A stretch of 63,810 nucleotides of DNA, filler included. It is 7 parts of 7 records of this genome, joined end to end, with 100 filler letters (N's around TTAATTAATTAA, not from the genome) between each part and the next. Parts side by side here need not be neighbours in the genome. Positions count along the whole stretch, not along the records: positions 24,153 to 31,314 come from DRR723986_22421; positions 31,415 to 39,198 come from DRR723986_22425; 5 more parts are not named here. One strand, 5' to 3'. A program made the position numbers and the translations under genes. Positions 27,420-37,530 of the stretch are shown piece by piece (position 1 is the first letter of the stretch; each line of letters opens with the position of its first letter). The notes below the pieces were generated by a model. It worked only from the letters and a program-made list of their open reading frames with translations. It made no database searches and was not told the origin of the DNA.

Positions 27420-28619
27420 TTATTCTGCGCCGCGCACAGCGGTCAGCGTGATCTTGACGCGCACCTCAAAGCCCAGTGTTGCGGGATCATTCACGTTGTC
27501 CCCAATCCCAAAGCTGCGCCGGTCCAGTGTCAGATCACCGCGCATTTCGGCGCGATTGCCATCAACCGACAGGCTGAACGGCAGGGTCAACGGCACGGTC
27601 TGATCCTTGATGGTCAGGGTGCCGATGGCCTCATACCCGTCAGAGGCATGTCTGATATCCGCTTTGAACACCGCCGCGGGGTGATCGGTGGCGGCAAAAA
27701 AGTCGGGGCCAAGCGCTTGACCCGTCACAGACCCGAGGGTGAGTGAGGGGATGGAGACCGTGGTTTCGACATTGCCGACTGTGATATCCGCGGTTGGTAC
27801 GGTTTCATCAAAGGTGATGACAGACGTCCAATCGGCGAAACTGCCGGCGATTTCAGAGCCGAACTGCACCACGGTAATCTCGATGGTGCCGGTTTCGACC
27901 TGCCACTGTGATGTAACCTCGGCCAATGCTTCGGGTGCGGCTTCGGTCTTGCTGCCTGCCATCGCTGCTGACAGGCCAAGCGCCGCGAGCCAAAGCGCAA
28001 TGGCGGCCATCACAGGTGTGCGGCTGTGGCGTCGATCGGGCAGGGGCGGCAGGTCCGGGCGGCCCGGTAGCATCCGGCGCAGCGTGGAGTCGCGGTCAAT
28101 CACGTGGTGTTTCACCGCGCCCGCAATATGCAACAGCAATGACAGGATCAGCAGCCGCCCGGACACCCAATGCAGCGCACCAAAGAAATGCTCGACCGCG
28201 GTGGATTTTGGCACCATCGGCAGACCCTGCCCAAAGGGCCACCAGATCGGTGCAAACCCCGCCGCCGCCGCATGAGAGATCCAGCCGGACAGCGGCACCA
28301 CAACCATCGCGGCGTAGAGCATCCAATGCACGGTGTCCGCCGCCCAGCTTTCCAGTTTTTTGTCCGCGTTCAGGAGGCCGGGCTTGGGCTGGTTCATGGC
28401 CCAGATGATCCGCAGGACAGCAAGGAAAAATGCCAGCACGCCCAATGTTTTATGCAGTGAAAACAGCCATGCCTTGCGGGCCAGTTCTGCGTCTGTGTCA
28501 AAGGGCAACTGGTGCGCAATCCACCCCATCGGGATCAGCGAGAGGATCAGCAAGGCCATCAGCCAGTGGATCGCTTTTGTCACCGCGCCATAGCGGGTTT
28601 GGGTGTTGGATAAGGACAT
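27420..28619 (-). CDS. Cytochrome b561-YceI fusion protein
   Basis: RYG...IHW, HKTLG, HWMLY, HIAGAVKHH heme-ligand helices; C-terminal YceI domain (LDRRSFGIG); AGGAG RBS. Confidence 0.9.
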   Translation of the reverse strand: MSLSNTQTRYGAVTKAIHWLMALLILSLIPMGWIAHQLPFDTDAELARKAWLFSLHKTLGVLAFFLAVLRIIWAMNQPKPGLLNADKKLESWAADTVHWMLYAAMVVVPLSGWISHAAAAGFAPIWWPFGQGLPMVPKSTAVEHFFGALHWVSGRLLILSLLLHIAGAVKHHVIDRDSTLRRMLPGRPDLPPLPDRRHSRTPVMAAIALWLAALGLSAAMAGSKTEAAPEALAEVTSQWQVETGTIEITVVQFGSEIAGSFADWTSVITFDETVPTADITVGNVETTVSIPSLTLGSVTGQALGPDFFAATDHPAAVFKADIRHASDGYEAIGTLTIKDQTVPLTLPFSLSVDGNRAEMRGDLTLDRRSFGIGDNVNDPATLGFEVRVKITLTAVRGAE

Positions 28620-28760
28620 CGTCAACTCCTGCCTTGGGTTTGGATCAACCTAAGGGGCAATCTGGCCAAGACAATGACAATCCATGCACAATGCCTCTGC
28701 ACTCTTGTTCAGGGGGGCGGTGCAGGCTAGACCAAGGGCCACTGAAAAGAAGGGGCCATC

Positions 28761-29693
28761 ATGAGCATCGCATTCGTATTTCCCGGACAGGGCGCACAGA
28801 CAATCGGCATGGGCCGCGCATTGGCCGAAGCCTATCCTGAGGCGCGGGCCGTTTTTGATGAGGTCGACGCGGCGCTGGGTGAAAAGCTGTCGGATTTGAT
28901 CTGGGAGGGTGAGATCGAGGCCCTGACCCTGACGGAGAACGCGCAGCCCGCCCTGATGGCCACCTCGATGGCGGCGATGGCGGCGCTGAAGGCCGAAGGC
29001 ATTGGGCTTGATCGCGCAGCTTTTGTGGCGGGGCATTCGCTGGGTGAATATTCGGCGCTTTGCGCGGCGGGCACCTTGTCCCTGGCCGATACCGCACGGT
29101 TGTTGCGCATTCGCGGCAAGGCAATGCAGGCGGCGGTGCCTGTGGGCCAAGGCGCAATGGCGGCGGTGCTGGGGCTGGATGCGGAGAAAGCCGCGAAGGT
29201 GGCTGAAGATGCGGCGCAGGGCGATGTGTGCCAATTGGCCAATGAAAACGATCCGACACAAAACGTTTTGTCTGGCAGCAAGGCGGCGATTGAACGGGCG
29301 GTTGTTCTGGCCAAAGAAGCAGGCGCAAAACGCGCCCTGCCATTGCCTGTGTCTGCCCCGTTTCACTGCGCCCTGATGCAGCCCGCAGCAGATGAAATGG
29401 CCCGCGCCTTGGGCGAGGTCACGATGAATGCGCCGCAGGTGCCGTTGGTGGCGAATGTCACAGCGGAGGCGGTGACCGATGCAGGTCAGATCCGCGATTT
29501 GCTGGTGCAGCAGGTGACCGGGCGCGTGCGCTGGCGGTCTTCGGTGGAATGGATGGCCGCGCAGGGCGTGACCGAATTTTGGGAAATCGGCGCGGGCAAA
29601 GCCCTTTCTGGCATGATCCGCCGGATCGCCAAAGACAGCGCGATGCGGGCCATCGGCACGCCCGATGATGTTACGGCGGCCAAAGACGCCTGA
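28761..29693 (+). CDS. fabD: Malonyl-CoA:ACP transacylase
   Basis: FPGQGAQ, TENAQPA, GHSLGEY, VSAPFHC. Confidence 0.97.
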   Translation: MSIAFVFPGQGAQTIGMGRALAEAYPEARAVFDEVDAALGEKLSDLIWEGEIEALTLTENAQPALMATSMAAMAALKAEGIGLDRAAFVAGHSLGEYSALCAAGTLSLADTARLLRIRGKAMQAAVPVGQGAMAAVLGLDAEKAAKVAEDAAQGDVCQLANENDPTQNVLSGSKAAIERAVVLAKEAGAKRALPLPVSAPFHCALMQPAADEMARALGEVTMNAPQVPLVANVTAEAVTDAGQIRDLLVQQVTGRVRWRSSVEWMAAQGVTEFWEIGAGKALSGMIRRIAKDSAMRAIGTPDDVTAAKDA

Positions 29694-30259
29694 TGCGGCT
29701 GGCCGCGCTTTTTGTTGTTGTTCTGGCGGTTCTTGGCTGTGCGATTGCGGACAACGCCGTGGACCGCACAACGATGGAGGTGCGCGGCGGCCAGCTTTGG
29801 ATCAGCGGTGAGATCACCAGCCGCACACCGGCCAATTTTGAGGCGGTGATCGCGGAAAATCCGCAGATTACAGTGGTGGTGCAAGGGGTTATGCCGGGAT
29901 CACTGGATGATCAGGCGGTGTTGAGAATGGGGTACTTTGTGCGGGATCGCGGGCTGAACACCCATTTGACAGCGCAAAGCGAGATTTATTCCGGTGCGGT
30001 GGACCTGTTTTTGGCGGGCGTGCGGCGCAGCGCGCAAAATGGCGCGGTGATCGGGGTGCACAGCTGGGCTGATGGTTTTGGCGAGGGCAGCAGCTATCCC
30101 AAAGACGCGGCAGAACATCGGGCCAATGCACAGTACACCCGCGATATGCTGGGCAGTGATGCGTTTTACTGGTTTACCTTGCAGGCCGCGCCCTCAGACG
30201 GGATACATGAGATGACACGGGGCGAATTGGCGCGGTTTGGCGTGCTGACCCAGCCCTAA
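29693..30259 (+). CDS. Putative lipoprotein with ClpP/crotonase-like fold (COG3904-like)
   Basis: Lipobox VLGC; PGS.DD, SGAVDLFLAG, IGVHSW; TGATG overlap with fabD. Confidence 0.65.
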   Translation: MRLAALFVVVLAVLGCAIADNAVDRTTMEVRGGQLWISGEITSRTPANFEAVIAENPQITVVVQGVMPGSLDDQAVLRMGYFVRDRGLNTHLTAQSEIYSGAVDLFLAGVRRSAQNGAVIGVHSWADGFGEGSSYPKDAAEHRANAQYTRDMLGSDAFYWFTLQAAPSDGIHEMTRGELARFGVLTQP

Positions 30260-30283
30260 ACGAGAAAGAGCAAAGGAAAAGAC

Positions 30284-31021
30284 ATGTTTGATCTGACAGG
30301 TAAAAATGCCCTTGTCACAGGAGCATCCGGCGGGATCGGCGCAGATATTGCCCGCACATTGCACGCACGCGGTGCGGCGGTCGGCCTGTCCGGCACCCGC
30401 ACTGAGCCGCTTGAGGCGCTGAAGGCGGAACTGGGCGAGCGGGCGCATGTGCTGCCGTGCAACCTGAGCGATATGGAGGCGGTTGATGCGCTGCCCAAAC
30501 AGGCGGCAGAAGCGATGGGATCGGTTGATATTCTGGTCAACAACGCCGGGATCACCCGCGACAATCTGTTCATGCGGATGTCGGATGATGAATGGCAGTC
30601 GGTACTGAACGTGAATCTGACCGCGACGTTCAAGCTGTGCAAAGGGGTGATGCGCGGCATGATGAAGGCCCGATGGGGCCGGATTGTGAATATTTCCAGC
30701 GTGGTCGGCGCCACCGGCAACCCCGGTCAGGCCAATTATGCGGCGTCCAAAGCAGGCATGGTGGGCATGTCCAAGTCGCTGGCTTGTGAGGTTGCGAGCC
30801 GCGGGATCACAGTAAATGCGGTTGCGCCCGGATTTATCACCACGGCGATGACCGATAAGCTGACCGATGATCAAAAGGCTGGAATCATGGGGCAAATCCC
30901 TGCCGGGCGCATGGGCGAGCCATCCGAGATTGCCGCTGCTGTGGTCTATCTTTCGAGCAACGAAGCGGCCTATGTGACCGGGACCACCTTGCATGTGAAC
31001 GGCGGCATGGCCATGTTGTAG
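30284..31021 (+). CDS. fabG: 3-oxoacyl-ACP reductase
   Basis: TGASGGIG, NNAGITRD, YAASK, HVNGGM. Confidence 0.97.
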   Translation: MFDLTGKNALVTGASGGIGADIARTLHARGAAVGLSGTRTEPLEALKAELGERAHVLPCNLSDMEAVDALPKQAAEAMGSVDILVNNAGITRDNLFMRMSDDEWQSVLNVNLTATFKLCKGVMRGMMKARWGRIVNISSVVGATGNPGQANYAASKAGMVGMSKSLACEVASRGITVNAVAPGFITTAMTDKLTDDQKAGIMGQIPAGRMGEPSEIAAAVVYLSSNEAAYVTGTTLHVNGGMAML

Positions 31022-31221
31022 CCTCTGACGCAAAACGTTTGCCTGATAGGATTGATATGGTAAACGAGGCGCAGATTCGTATCGAGGGGTGCTTGATCGC
31101 ACCCTATTCCCTGTGCGAACAGGGGAAATAGCCGCCTCGGCAACGGGGTAATTTCCAAGCGTCGATCAACGGCGTGCGGATAGAAAGGGCCCAAACAGGG
31201 CCAAAGACATGAGGACTTATT

Positions 31222-31314
31222 ATGAGCGACGTCGCAGACCGCGTGAAAAAAATCGTTGTGGAACACCTTGGTGTTGAAGAGGACAAAGTGACCGAGAATG
31301 CGTCGTTCATCGAC
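31222..31314 (+). CDS. acpP: Acyl carrier protein, 3'-truncated
   Basis: [31 protein letters not shown] after a GAGG RBS, downstream of fabG. Confidence 0.95.
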
Positions 31315-31414
31315 NNNNNNNNNNNNNNNNNNNNNNNNNNNNNNNNNNNNNNNNNNNNTTAATTAATTAANNNNNNNNNNNNNNNNNNNNNNNNNNNNNN
31401 NNNNNNNNNNNNNN
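31315..31414. other. Artificial contig spacer
   Basis: N44-TTAATTAATTAA-N44. Confidence 0.98.
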
Positions 31415-31644
31415 TAGAGCGTCATCAGCGGCTCGAACGCCATGTCACCGGGCAGCGCGTGCAAAATACGCTGGCGATAGGCTGCGGCCTGCGCCCCTGT
31501 CACGACGGGCGGCACCAGGTTGGGCATCACGATGGCGCGGGCGAAATGGCGCGCGCTTTCGGGCAAAACGGCGTGTAACATGGCACCATCACGCAAGTGC
31601 AGGTGCCAATCGTCGGGGCGGGCGATGGTCAAGCTTTGGGTCAT
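31415..31644 (-). CDS. pyrC: Dihydroorotase, 3'-truncated
   Basis: [29 protein letters not shown]. Confidence 0.95.
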
Positions 31645-31696
31645 GCGCGGCCATTAGCGCATCTGTGCGCGCCGCGCCAGTGGTTTAGCTGTAGGT

Positions 31697-32710
31697 TTAG
31701 CTGCGCGATGAGCTGCGCGCCGGTGGCAGGGTGATCTGGCCTTCGGCTGCGGCCTGTTGCAGCGCCTCAAGCCGGCGGCGAAAGCGCGGTGCCCCAATGG
31801 TGGCCACCGCGTGGCGGCACAAATGCACCGTCAGGCCCGGCCGTTGTTGCTGATCGAGCACCCCCAAAAGCGAGCGCAGGTAATTGCCATAGTCGCGCCG
31901 CCGGCGGTAGAGGCGCGCAAATGAGTTGTGATCCAGCGTGCCATCTGCCAAGGCCAGCAGGCTGGGCATCAGAATATTCATCCGCCACATATCGCCCTGC
32001 AGTGTGGTTCCCATAAAGCGCATGCGCAGCTTTAGCACATTGGAACGGGTGAAAAGCGCCACATGCATGGCGTCCAGTTCCTCGGCCGGGTCATAGACCA
32101 AAATGGCCTGTTCGGCGGCATCCACCATATCTGGGGCATAGCCATAGCGCGTAGAAAAATCGGTGCGCCGCATATGCGCAAACCGCCCATCCCATTCGGC
32201 GATGCGCGGGTCTAATGTGGCTTGCGGCTGAACCGCCAGCACCCGCGCGCCGGGGGACGCGACAGAATAGGCGCAGGCCGCATAGCCGCCCGGGCCCGCA
32301 CCGTAAAACAGCACCGTGTCGAATTGTTCGAAAAACCCATCATCAATCAGCGCGTCGAAATAGCTGTAAACGGCGGGGTCACGAAACCAACTGTCGCCAT
32401 CGCTGAACAGGCCCAGGTGGCTCCAGCCTTGGTCGAGGGCGAAATCCCAGCCCAAGGGGCGCCCGCCATTGGGGTTTACCTGCGCGGCTTGCAGGGTTTC
32501 AAACGTGACCAGCAATGTCGAATCGCCCGTGATCATCGCCGCGAAATGGCGCTGGCCCAAGGGTTTGAAATGCCCATGCTCCATTGCGGTTTGGGCAATC
32601 TTTCGGATCCACGGCACCTTTTTCAGCCCGTCTAGATTGGTTTCTAGGCTGGCCTCTAGGGTGGTTGCAGGGGTGTCGGGCGTTTCGGTGTCCATCGGGG
32701 CATCCATCAT
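31697..32710 (-). CDS. Hypothetical protein with alpha/beta-hydrolase-like core
   Basis: LLVTFE, SWFRD..V..YFD.L.DDGFF, FYGAGPGGYAA, PQATLDP; the nucleophile-elbow position lacks Ser; start uncertain (32710 or 32695). Confidence 0.65.
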   Translation of the reverse strand: MMDAPMDTETPDTPATTLEASLETNLDGLKKVPWIRKIAQTAMEHGHFKPLGQRHFAAMITGDSTLLVTFETLQAAQVNPNGGRPLGWDFALDQGWSHLGLFSDGDSWFRDPAVYSYFDALIDDGFFEQFDTVLFYGAGPGGYAACAYSVASPGARVLAVQPQATLDPRIAEWDGRFAHMRRTDFSTRYGYAPDMVDAAEQAILVYDPAEELDAMHVALFTRSNVLKLRMRFMGTTLQGDMWRMNILMPSLLALADGTLDHNSFARLYRRRRDYGNYLRSLLGVLDQQQRPGLTVHLCRHAVATIGAPRFRRRLEALQQAAAEGQITLPPARSSSRS

Positions 32711-32804
32711 CTGGCAGGTGCGCAGCAGCGCGGCGGTGTCACCCTGATAACGGCCCAATGCGGCAAGATTTTGGTGAAAGGTGGCAGAATTTTGGTAAAT
32801 CGCC

Positions 32805-33917
32805 CTAAGCGTGTGTTTGTGTGCCGCCACTATCGCGTGTATCACCCGTGGCCGTATCTGTGGCCTTATCTGTGGCTGCAGACGCGCCCGTTTGCCCCGC
32901 GCGCGCATGGCCCAGTAAAAACGCCGCCCCTTTTTGGGTGACGGGCCGCGTGGGGGGGCACATCAACAGCCGTCCAAACAGCGCGCGATAGGGCTCTTGG
33001 CGCATCAAGGCCTGAAACCGCGCATGGCGCCATGCCACCGCGCCCTGATGCAGGCGCGCCAAAACCGGATCGGCCAGCAAAGCATCCCGTGCCGCGCCGC
33101 CCCCCAGCGCCAAAATGCTGCGGTCCTCGTGCGAGGAAAAATTCCGCTCGATCCAATAGTCCATGCCCAGCATATCGCCCCTGTGCACCGCGCGGCCACG
33201 ATCGGCCTTTAGAACATAGCTTTCCATCGCCCCCAGCGGGTAGTGATTTAGCTGCGCCAATTGGGTGTTGTCGCGCCCGAAAGGCGAAAAGATCTGCGTG
33301 GTTTTGAACCGTGGCTCTAACCGGCGCCCGCAGCCATCGCGCCACACCAGATTTGGCAGCATATCCGGGTTTGGGCTGCGCGGGCGATGCACACCCAATT
33401 TCGCATAAGCGCCATTGTTGCGGTAAAGCGTTTTAAACATCGCGGCCCGCCACGGCCAATAGATCACCCGTGGGGCTGCGTGGGTAAAGCTGTGGGTGAT
33501 GGGGCGATCTGCGTAGCGCACCACGCCCGCATTGCCAAACAGCCGCCATGTCAGGGTGATGGCATCGGCATCTGGCAGCGCATCCAGCAGCGCGGGCAGG
33601 GTGCGATTGCCCACATGGATATTCACAAACTCGTCGATATCCAGCGTCATCACCCAATCGGCCTGGGCAAAAACCGGTAAGGCTGCGGCCCTTTTATAGG
33701 CGCTAAATTGCACCCCTGCCTTTAGATAGGGCCCATCGTTGCGAATATGATGCACCAGCCCTTGGGCGGCCAGATGATCCAGCATCAGATCGGTGCCATC
33801 GCTGCAATCATTCGAGCAGATGATAAAATCGCTAAAGCCGCAGGCCTGGTGATGGGCCAGCCATTCCAGCAAAAACGCCCCTTCGTTTTTTACCGTCAGA
33901 ACCGCCAAAAACCGCAT
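32805..33917 (-). CDS. Glycosyltransferase family 2-like (Glyco_tranf_2_4)
   Basis: VKNEGAFLLEWLAHH, SNDCSDGT, LDIDEF, LNHY. Confidence 0.88.
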   Translation of the reverse strand: MRFLAVLTVKNEGAFLLEWLAHHQACGFSDFIICSNDCSDGTDLMLDHLAAQGLVHHIRNDGPYLKAGVQFSAYKRAAALPVFAQADWVMTLDIDEFVNIHVGNRTLPALLDALPDADAITLTWRLFGNAGVVRYADRPITHSFTHAAPRVIYWPWRAAMFKTLYRNNGAYAKLGVHRPRSPNPDMLPNLVWRDGCGRRLEPRFKTTQIFSPFGRDNTQLAQLNHYPLGAMESYVLKADRGRAVHRGDMLGMDYWIERNFSSHEDRSILALGGGAARDALLADPVLARLHQGAVAWRHARFQALMRQEPYRALFGRLLMCPPTRPVTQKGAAFLLGHARAGQTGASAATDKATDTATGDTRDSGGTQTHA

Positions 33918-33918
33918 G

Positions 33919-36285
33919 TCAACTTTCCAGACCCAGCGCCAGCGCATAGGCCACGCGCTCGGCCGCGGTGAGCTTGATTTCCAGCGCCTGGGCGTAAAGC
34001 GTGGCAAATTCCGGGGTGGCGTGCAATTCGGCGGCTTTTTCGCGGTGCCAGGCAAAGCCCGCATCGTGCAACGCGCGCAGCTGATCGTCTTGCATAAGTG
34101 CCTGATAGGCCTGTTCTAGCCGTGGCAGATTGCGCTGAATGCTGATGTCTTTGTGGTCGCACCAATCCATGCGGATCCAATAATTCAGCCCGATTGATCG
34201 ATCGACATGCAGCGCCCGCCCGCGCTGGCGTTTGATCAGATAGCTTTCAGCCGAGCGCAGGGCGTAATGGTTCAGCTGCAACAGATCATACCCGATTGAT
34301 TTGACCGAATTGCGCCAGCCCTTGTCGCGCGTCTCGCGCGTCATGTCTTGGCCGGCGCCATTCACCCATTTGACCTGGGCCGCGTAATCGGGGTTTAGCT
34401 TGTTTGGGCGGTGGCAGCTAAGCTTTGCATAGGCGCCAATATTGCGCACCATGGTTTTAAACCCCCACACTGTGTGGGGCTTGGGGCAATATTTGGGCGC
34501 GGCATGGTCGAACTGGCCAATCACAAATTGGTCAGCCAATTGGCGCACGCCATTATGGCCAAACATCCGCCAGGTCATGGCAACATTGGTGGCATCGGGC
34601 ACCAGCGCCAGAAAATCCTGCAAGGTGCCATTGCCGCAGCGGATATTGATAAATTCGTCCACATCGATGTGAATGACCCAGTCTGCCTGGGTGATCACCG
34701 GCTCTTTCAGCGCGCGGTTGAGCGCATATTGCTGGGGCGAGTTGCCTTTCCAGGCGTCATTATTGCGATGGTGCACAATGCCCATGGCATCCAACCGCTG
34801 CAGCAGCTGATCGGTGCCATCGGTGCAATCATTGGTATAGATCAAGAAAGTATCGATCCCGATGGCCCGGTGATAGGCCACCCATTCCAGAATATAGGGC
34901 GCCTCGTTTTTCATGCAGGCCACAATCACATTGCCACTGCACCCCGGTGGCAGGCTGCGCGCAGGCGCAGGGGCAAAGGGGGGGGCGGGGCGATCTTCGG
35001 CATCGGGGCCAATGGCGTTGTGGGGGTAAAACGGGGTGCCGTGCAGCTTTTCAAAATTTTGCAAGGCCAAGGGCGATAGCAGGCGCTGTGCGGTGGCGCT
35101 GGGCTGGGGGGCTGTGCGGCCTTTGGCCTGGGCAGGCAGGCTTTGGCCGGGGGGCTGCGCCGGGGGGTCGCCTGCGCGCGCCTCGCGGGTGGCGCGTTCG
35201 ATCTGCCAAAACTGGGCCAGCAGATGTTGCGAGGCGCGATAGCCTTGGCCCGGGTCTGCCTCGTGCCAAGGCAGGCAGGCCAGATCTGGGCAAAGGCGCT
35301 GTTTCGACAGGGCCGGATGGCTGGCCAAAACAGCCTTGTTGCCCTCGTCAAATTGGGCCGCCACACCGGCCAGCATGCGCGGATCAATCGCTGGCCCCTC
35401 AATGGCGATATTGGCCAAAATGCGCCGCCACAGCGTGCGTGGCAGCACATGTGTGCCTTGCCCCAGCAAGGCCTGCAATAGATGGTTCATCTGCCGCGCC
35501 CGCGCGACCCAGGCCGCGCTGGGCTGTGCGGGCGCCGCGCTGGGCTGGCAGCGCCCCAGGCTTGCGTCTATCTCGAACATGGCGCGCAGCTCTTCTGGCG
35601 CATCGGCGCTGTCAAAAACCGCGGCGTCATAGGGGCGAAAGATAACATTTTCCGCCCCAAACACAGCCTGCCAATGCGCCTGCAGCGCCGCATAATCTAG
35701 CCAAAACGCCGGCGCCTCGGTTTCCAGAAACTGGCCCTGTTGGGCCTGCTCGGGCGTGGGCGCCACACCCAGCGCCGCCTGCCACCAGCCGCCCGCCTGC
35801 AGCAAACCCAGATCGCGCTGCAAGGGGGTGGCGCGGCCCTCGAATACTTGCGCTGCAAAATAGCGTGCCATGGCCGGTGCCTGTGCATCGATATGGGCAA
35901 TCACCCGAATATCTGTGCTGAACTGGCTTAAAAACCCATAAAGGCGCTGCAGCTCGTCGCGCTGGGCCAACCCGCCCCCCAGCTGGTGGCACGAGACGAT
36001 CAGCGCCTGCGGCTGGGTGGCGGCAATATCGCGCGCCAGGGCAAGCCCCAGCTCGCGCGCCAAAGCCGCCTGGGCGGGCGCGGCGCCATGGCCGCGGGCC
36101 AGGCGCAACATTTCGGGGCGTTCGGGCGCAGAGACGGCCATAAACAGCCGCGTGTGGTTCTTGGCGCCCAACGCCCGCGGAAACAAATAGCCCAGCTGCG
36201 CCAGCCGCTCGCGTTTTTCGGCCAGGGCATTTTGCAGCTGCGGGCTGCCCATAGCGGGCAAGCCGATATGCAGATAGATGCGCAT
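33919..36285 (-). CDS. Fusion of sulfotransferase-like N-terminal domain and GT2-like domain
   Basis: N-terminal IYLHIG...GS..LQ; C-terminal MKNEAPYILEWVAYH, TNDCTDGT, IDVDEF, LNHYALRS. Confidence 0.82.
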   Translation of the reverse strand: MRIYLHIGLPAMGSPQLQNALAEKRERLAQLGYLFPRALGAKNHTRLFMAVSAPERPEMLRLARGHGAAPAQAALARELGLALARDIAATQPQALIVSCHQLGGGLAQRDELQRLYGFLSQFSTDIRVIAHIDAQAPAMARYFAAQVFEGRATPLQRDLGLLQAGGWWQAALGVAPTPEQAQQGQFLETEAPAFWLDYAALQAHWQAVFGAENVIFRPYDAAVFDSADAPEELRAMFEIDASLGRCQPSAAPAQPSAAWVARARQMNHLLQALLGQGTHVLPRTLWRRILANIAIEGPAIDPRMLAGVAAQFDEGNKAVLASHPALSKQRLCPDLACLPWHEADPGQGYRASQHLLAQFWQIERATREARAGDPPAQPPGQSLPAQAKGRTAPQPSATAQRLLSPLALQNFEKLHGTPFYPHNAIGPDAEDRPAPPFAPAPARSLPPGCSGNVIVACMKNEAPYILEWVAYHRAIGIDTFLIYTNDCTDGTDQLLQRLDAMGIVHHRNNDAWKGNSPQQYALNRALKEPVITQADWVIHIDVDEFINIRCGNGTLQDFLALVPDATNVAMTWRMFGHNGVRQLADQFVIGQFDHAAPKYCPKPHTVWGFKTMVRNIGAYAKLSCHRPNKLNPDYAAQVKWVNGAGQDMTRETRDKGWRNSVKSIGYDLLQLNHYALRSAESYLIKRQRGRALHVDRSIGLNYWIRMDWCDHKDISIQRNLPRLEQAYQALMQDDQLRALHDAGFAWHREKAAELHATPEFATLYAQALEIKLTAAERVAYALALGLES

Positions 36286-37313
36286 CAGCCCAACCCCAAC
36301 CGCTGTAACAACGCCTCTTCCTGCGGGGGCAGGGTGGGGGCTGTGCGCAGCTGGTCGCGCATCGCCTGATAGGGCGGCTGGGCCAACAGCTGGGCAATTT
36401 TGGCGCGGTGCTGGGCCACGCAATGGGCGTGCAGGCGGCCAATCTCGGGGTCTGCTTTCAGCTCGGCCAAGGCAGCCTCTAGGGCCGGCAGATGCCGCTG
36501 GATGGTGCGATCCTCAAAGGCGGGGTCGTTGCGTTCGCGCCAATAGGTGTCATCAAAGGCGCGGTTGTCGCGGTTTACATCGCCGCGGTCATTTTTCACC
36601 AGATAGCTTTCCAAAGACCGCAGCGCATAATGGTTCAGCGTGGCAAAGCGGCGCGCGCCTGCGGCGGGAAATTTCCGAATGCGCCGTGGGTTGGCGGCCA
36701 CCAAAAACTTGCCCGGCACCGGGCGGCCCGCGCCATCGCACCACCGCGGTTGGCGATGCGGCGGGTGGGATTTGCGAAAAAACGGGCGGTGGGCGCCGAA
36801 ATATTGCAGCGGAAAATCACGATGCACCAAGGTTTTCACCTCGATCGCGCTTTCGCCGCACCACAGATCGGGGGTATGGCTGCGGCTAAACTGCGCAATC
36901 ACGGGGCGGTCCTCAAACTGCTCGACCCCGTCATTGGCAAAAAACTGAAACGTCACGCTGATCGCCGCCGGGCTGTCGCAGGCCGCCACCAGCGCGGCAA
37001 TGCTGTGATCGCCCACATGGATGTTCAAAAACTCGTCCACATCTGCCACCCACACCCAATCGGCGCTGCGCACGCTGGGGTGGTTTTGGGCATGTTTCAG
37101 CGCCTCCATCTGGTAATTGCGCCCCTCGGCAGGGTTGGGCAAATGGTGCACCAAACCGCGGGCCGCCAGCGCATCCAGCAATAGATCGGTGCCATCGGTG
37201 CAATCGTTTGAATAAAACAAATGCGCCCCCACCCCGATCAAGCGGTTATAGGCGATCCATTCCAACAAGAACGGGCCTTCGTTTTTGACACATGTCACGG
37301 CTGTTATGCGCAT
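36285..37313 (-). CDS. Glycosyltransferase family 2-like (Glyco_tranf_2_4)
   Basis: VKNEGPFLLEWIAY, SNDCTDGT, ADVDEF, LNHYALRS. Confidence 0.88.
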   Translation of the reverse strand: MRITAVTCVKNEGPFLLEWIAYNRLIGVGAHLFYSNDCTDGTDLLLDALAARGLVHHLPNPAEGRNYQMEALKHAQNHPSVRSADWVWVADVDEFLNIHVGDHSIAALVAACDSPAAISVTFQFFANDGVEQFEDRPVIAQFSRSHTPDLWCGESAIEVKTLVHRDFPLQYFGAHRPFFRKSHPPHRQPRWCDGAGRPVPGKFLVAANPRRIRKFPAAGARRFATLNHYALRSLESYLVKNDRGDVNRDNRAFDDTYWRERNDPAFEDRTIQRHLPALEAALAELKADPEIGRLHAHCVAQHRAKIAQLLAQPPYQAMRDQLRTAPTLPPQEEALLQRLGLG

Positions 37314-37530
37314 GGGCGCCACAAACCCTTTACCAAACTACTCGATCACAGGCCCGCATACCGCTTGGGGTGCGCCTTGGGCCGGGGCGGCTCGCCGCTT
37401 CTTGCGCCCGACCATGCCAGCCCCATCCCCCCGCGTCAATCGCTGCGCCCCGCGGGCTGTGGGCTCTTTGCTGTTTGTGCTGTTGACGCGCCGCGCCACA
37501 GATGCACTTCTTGGCACAAGGAGGACCATC

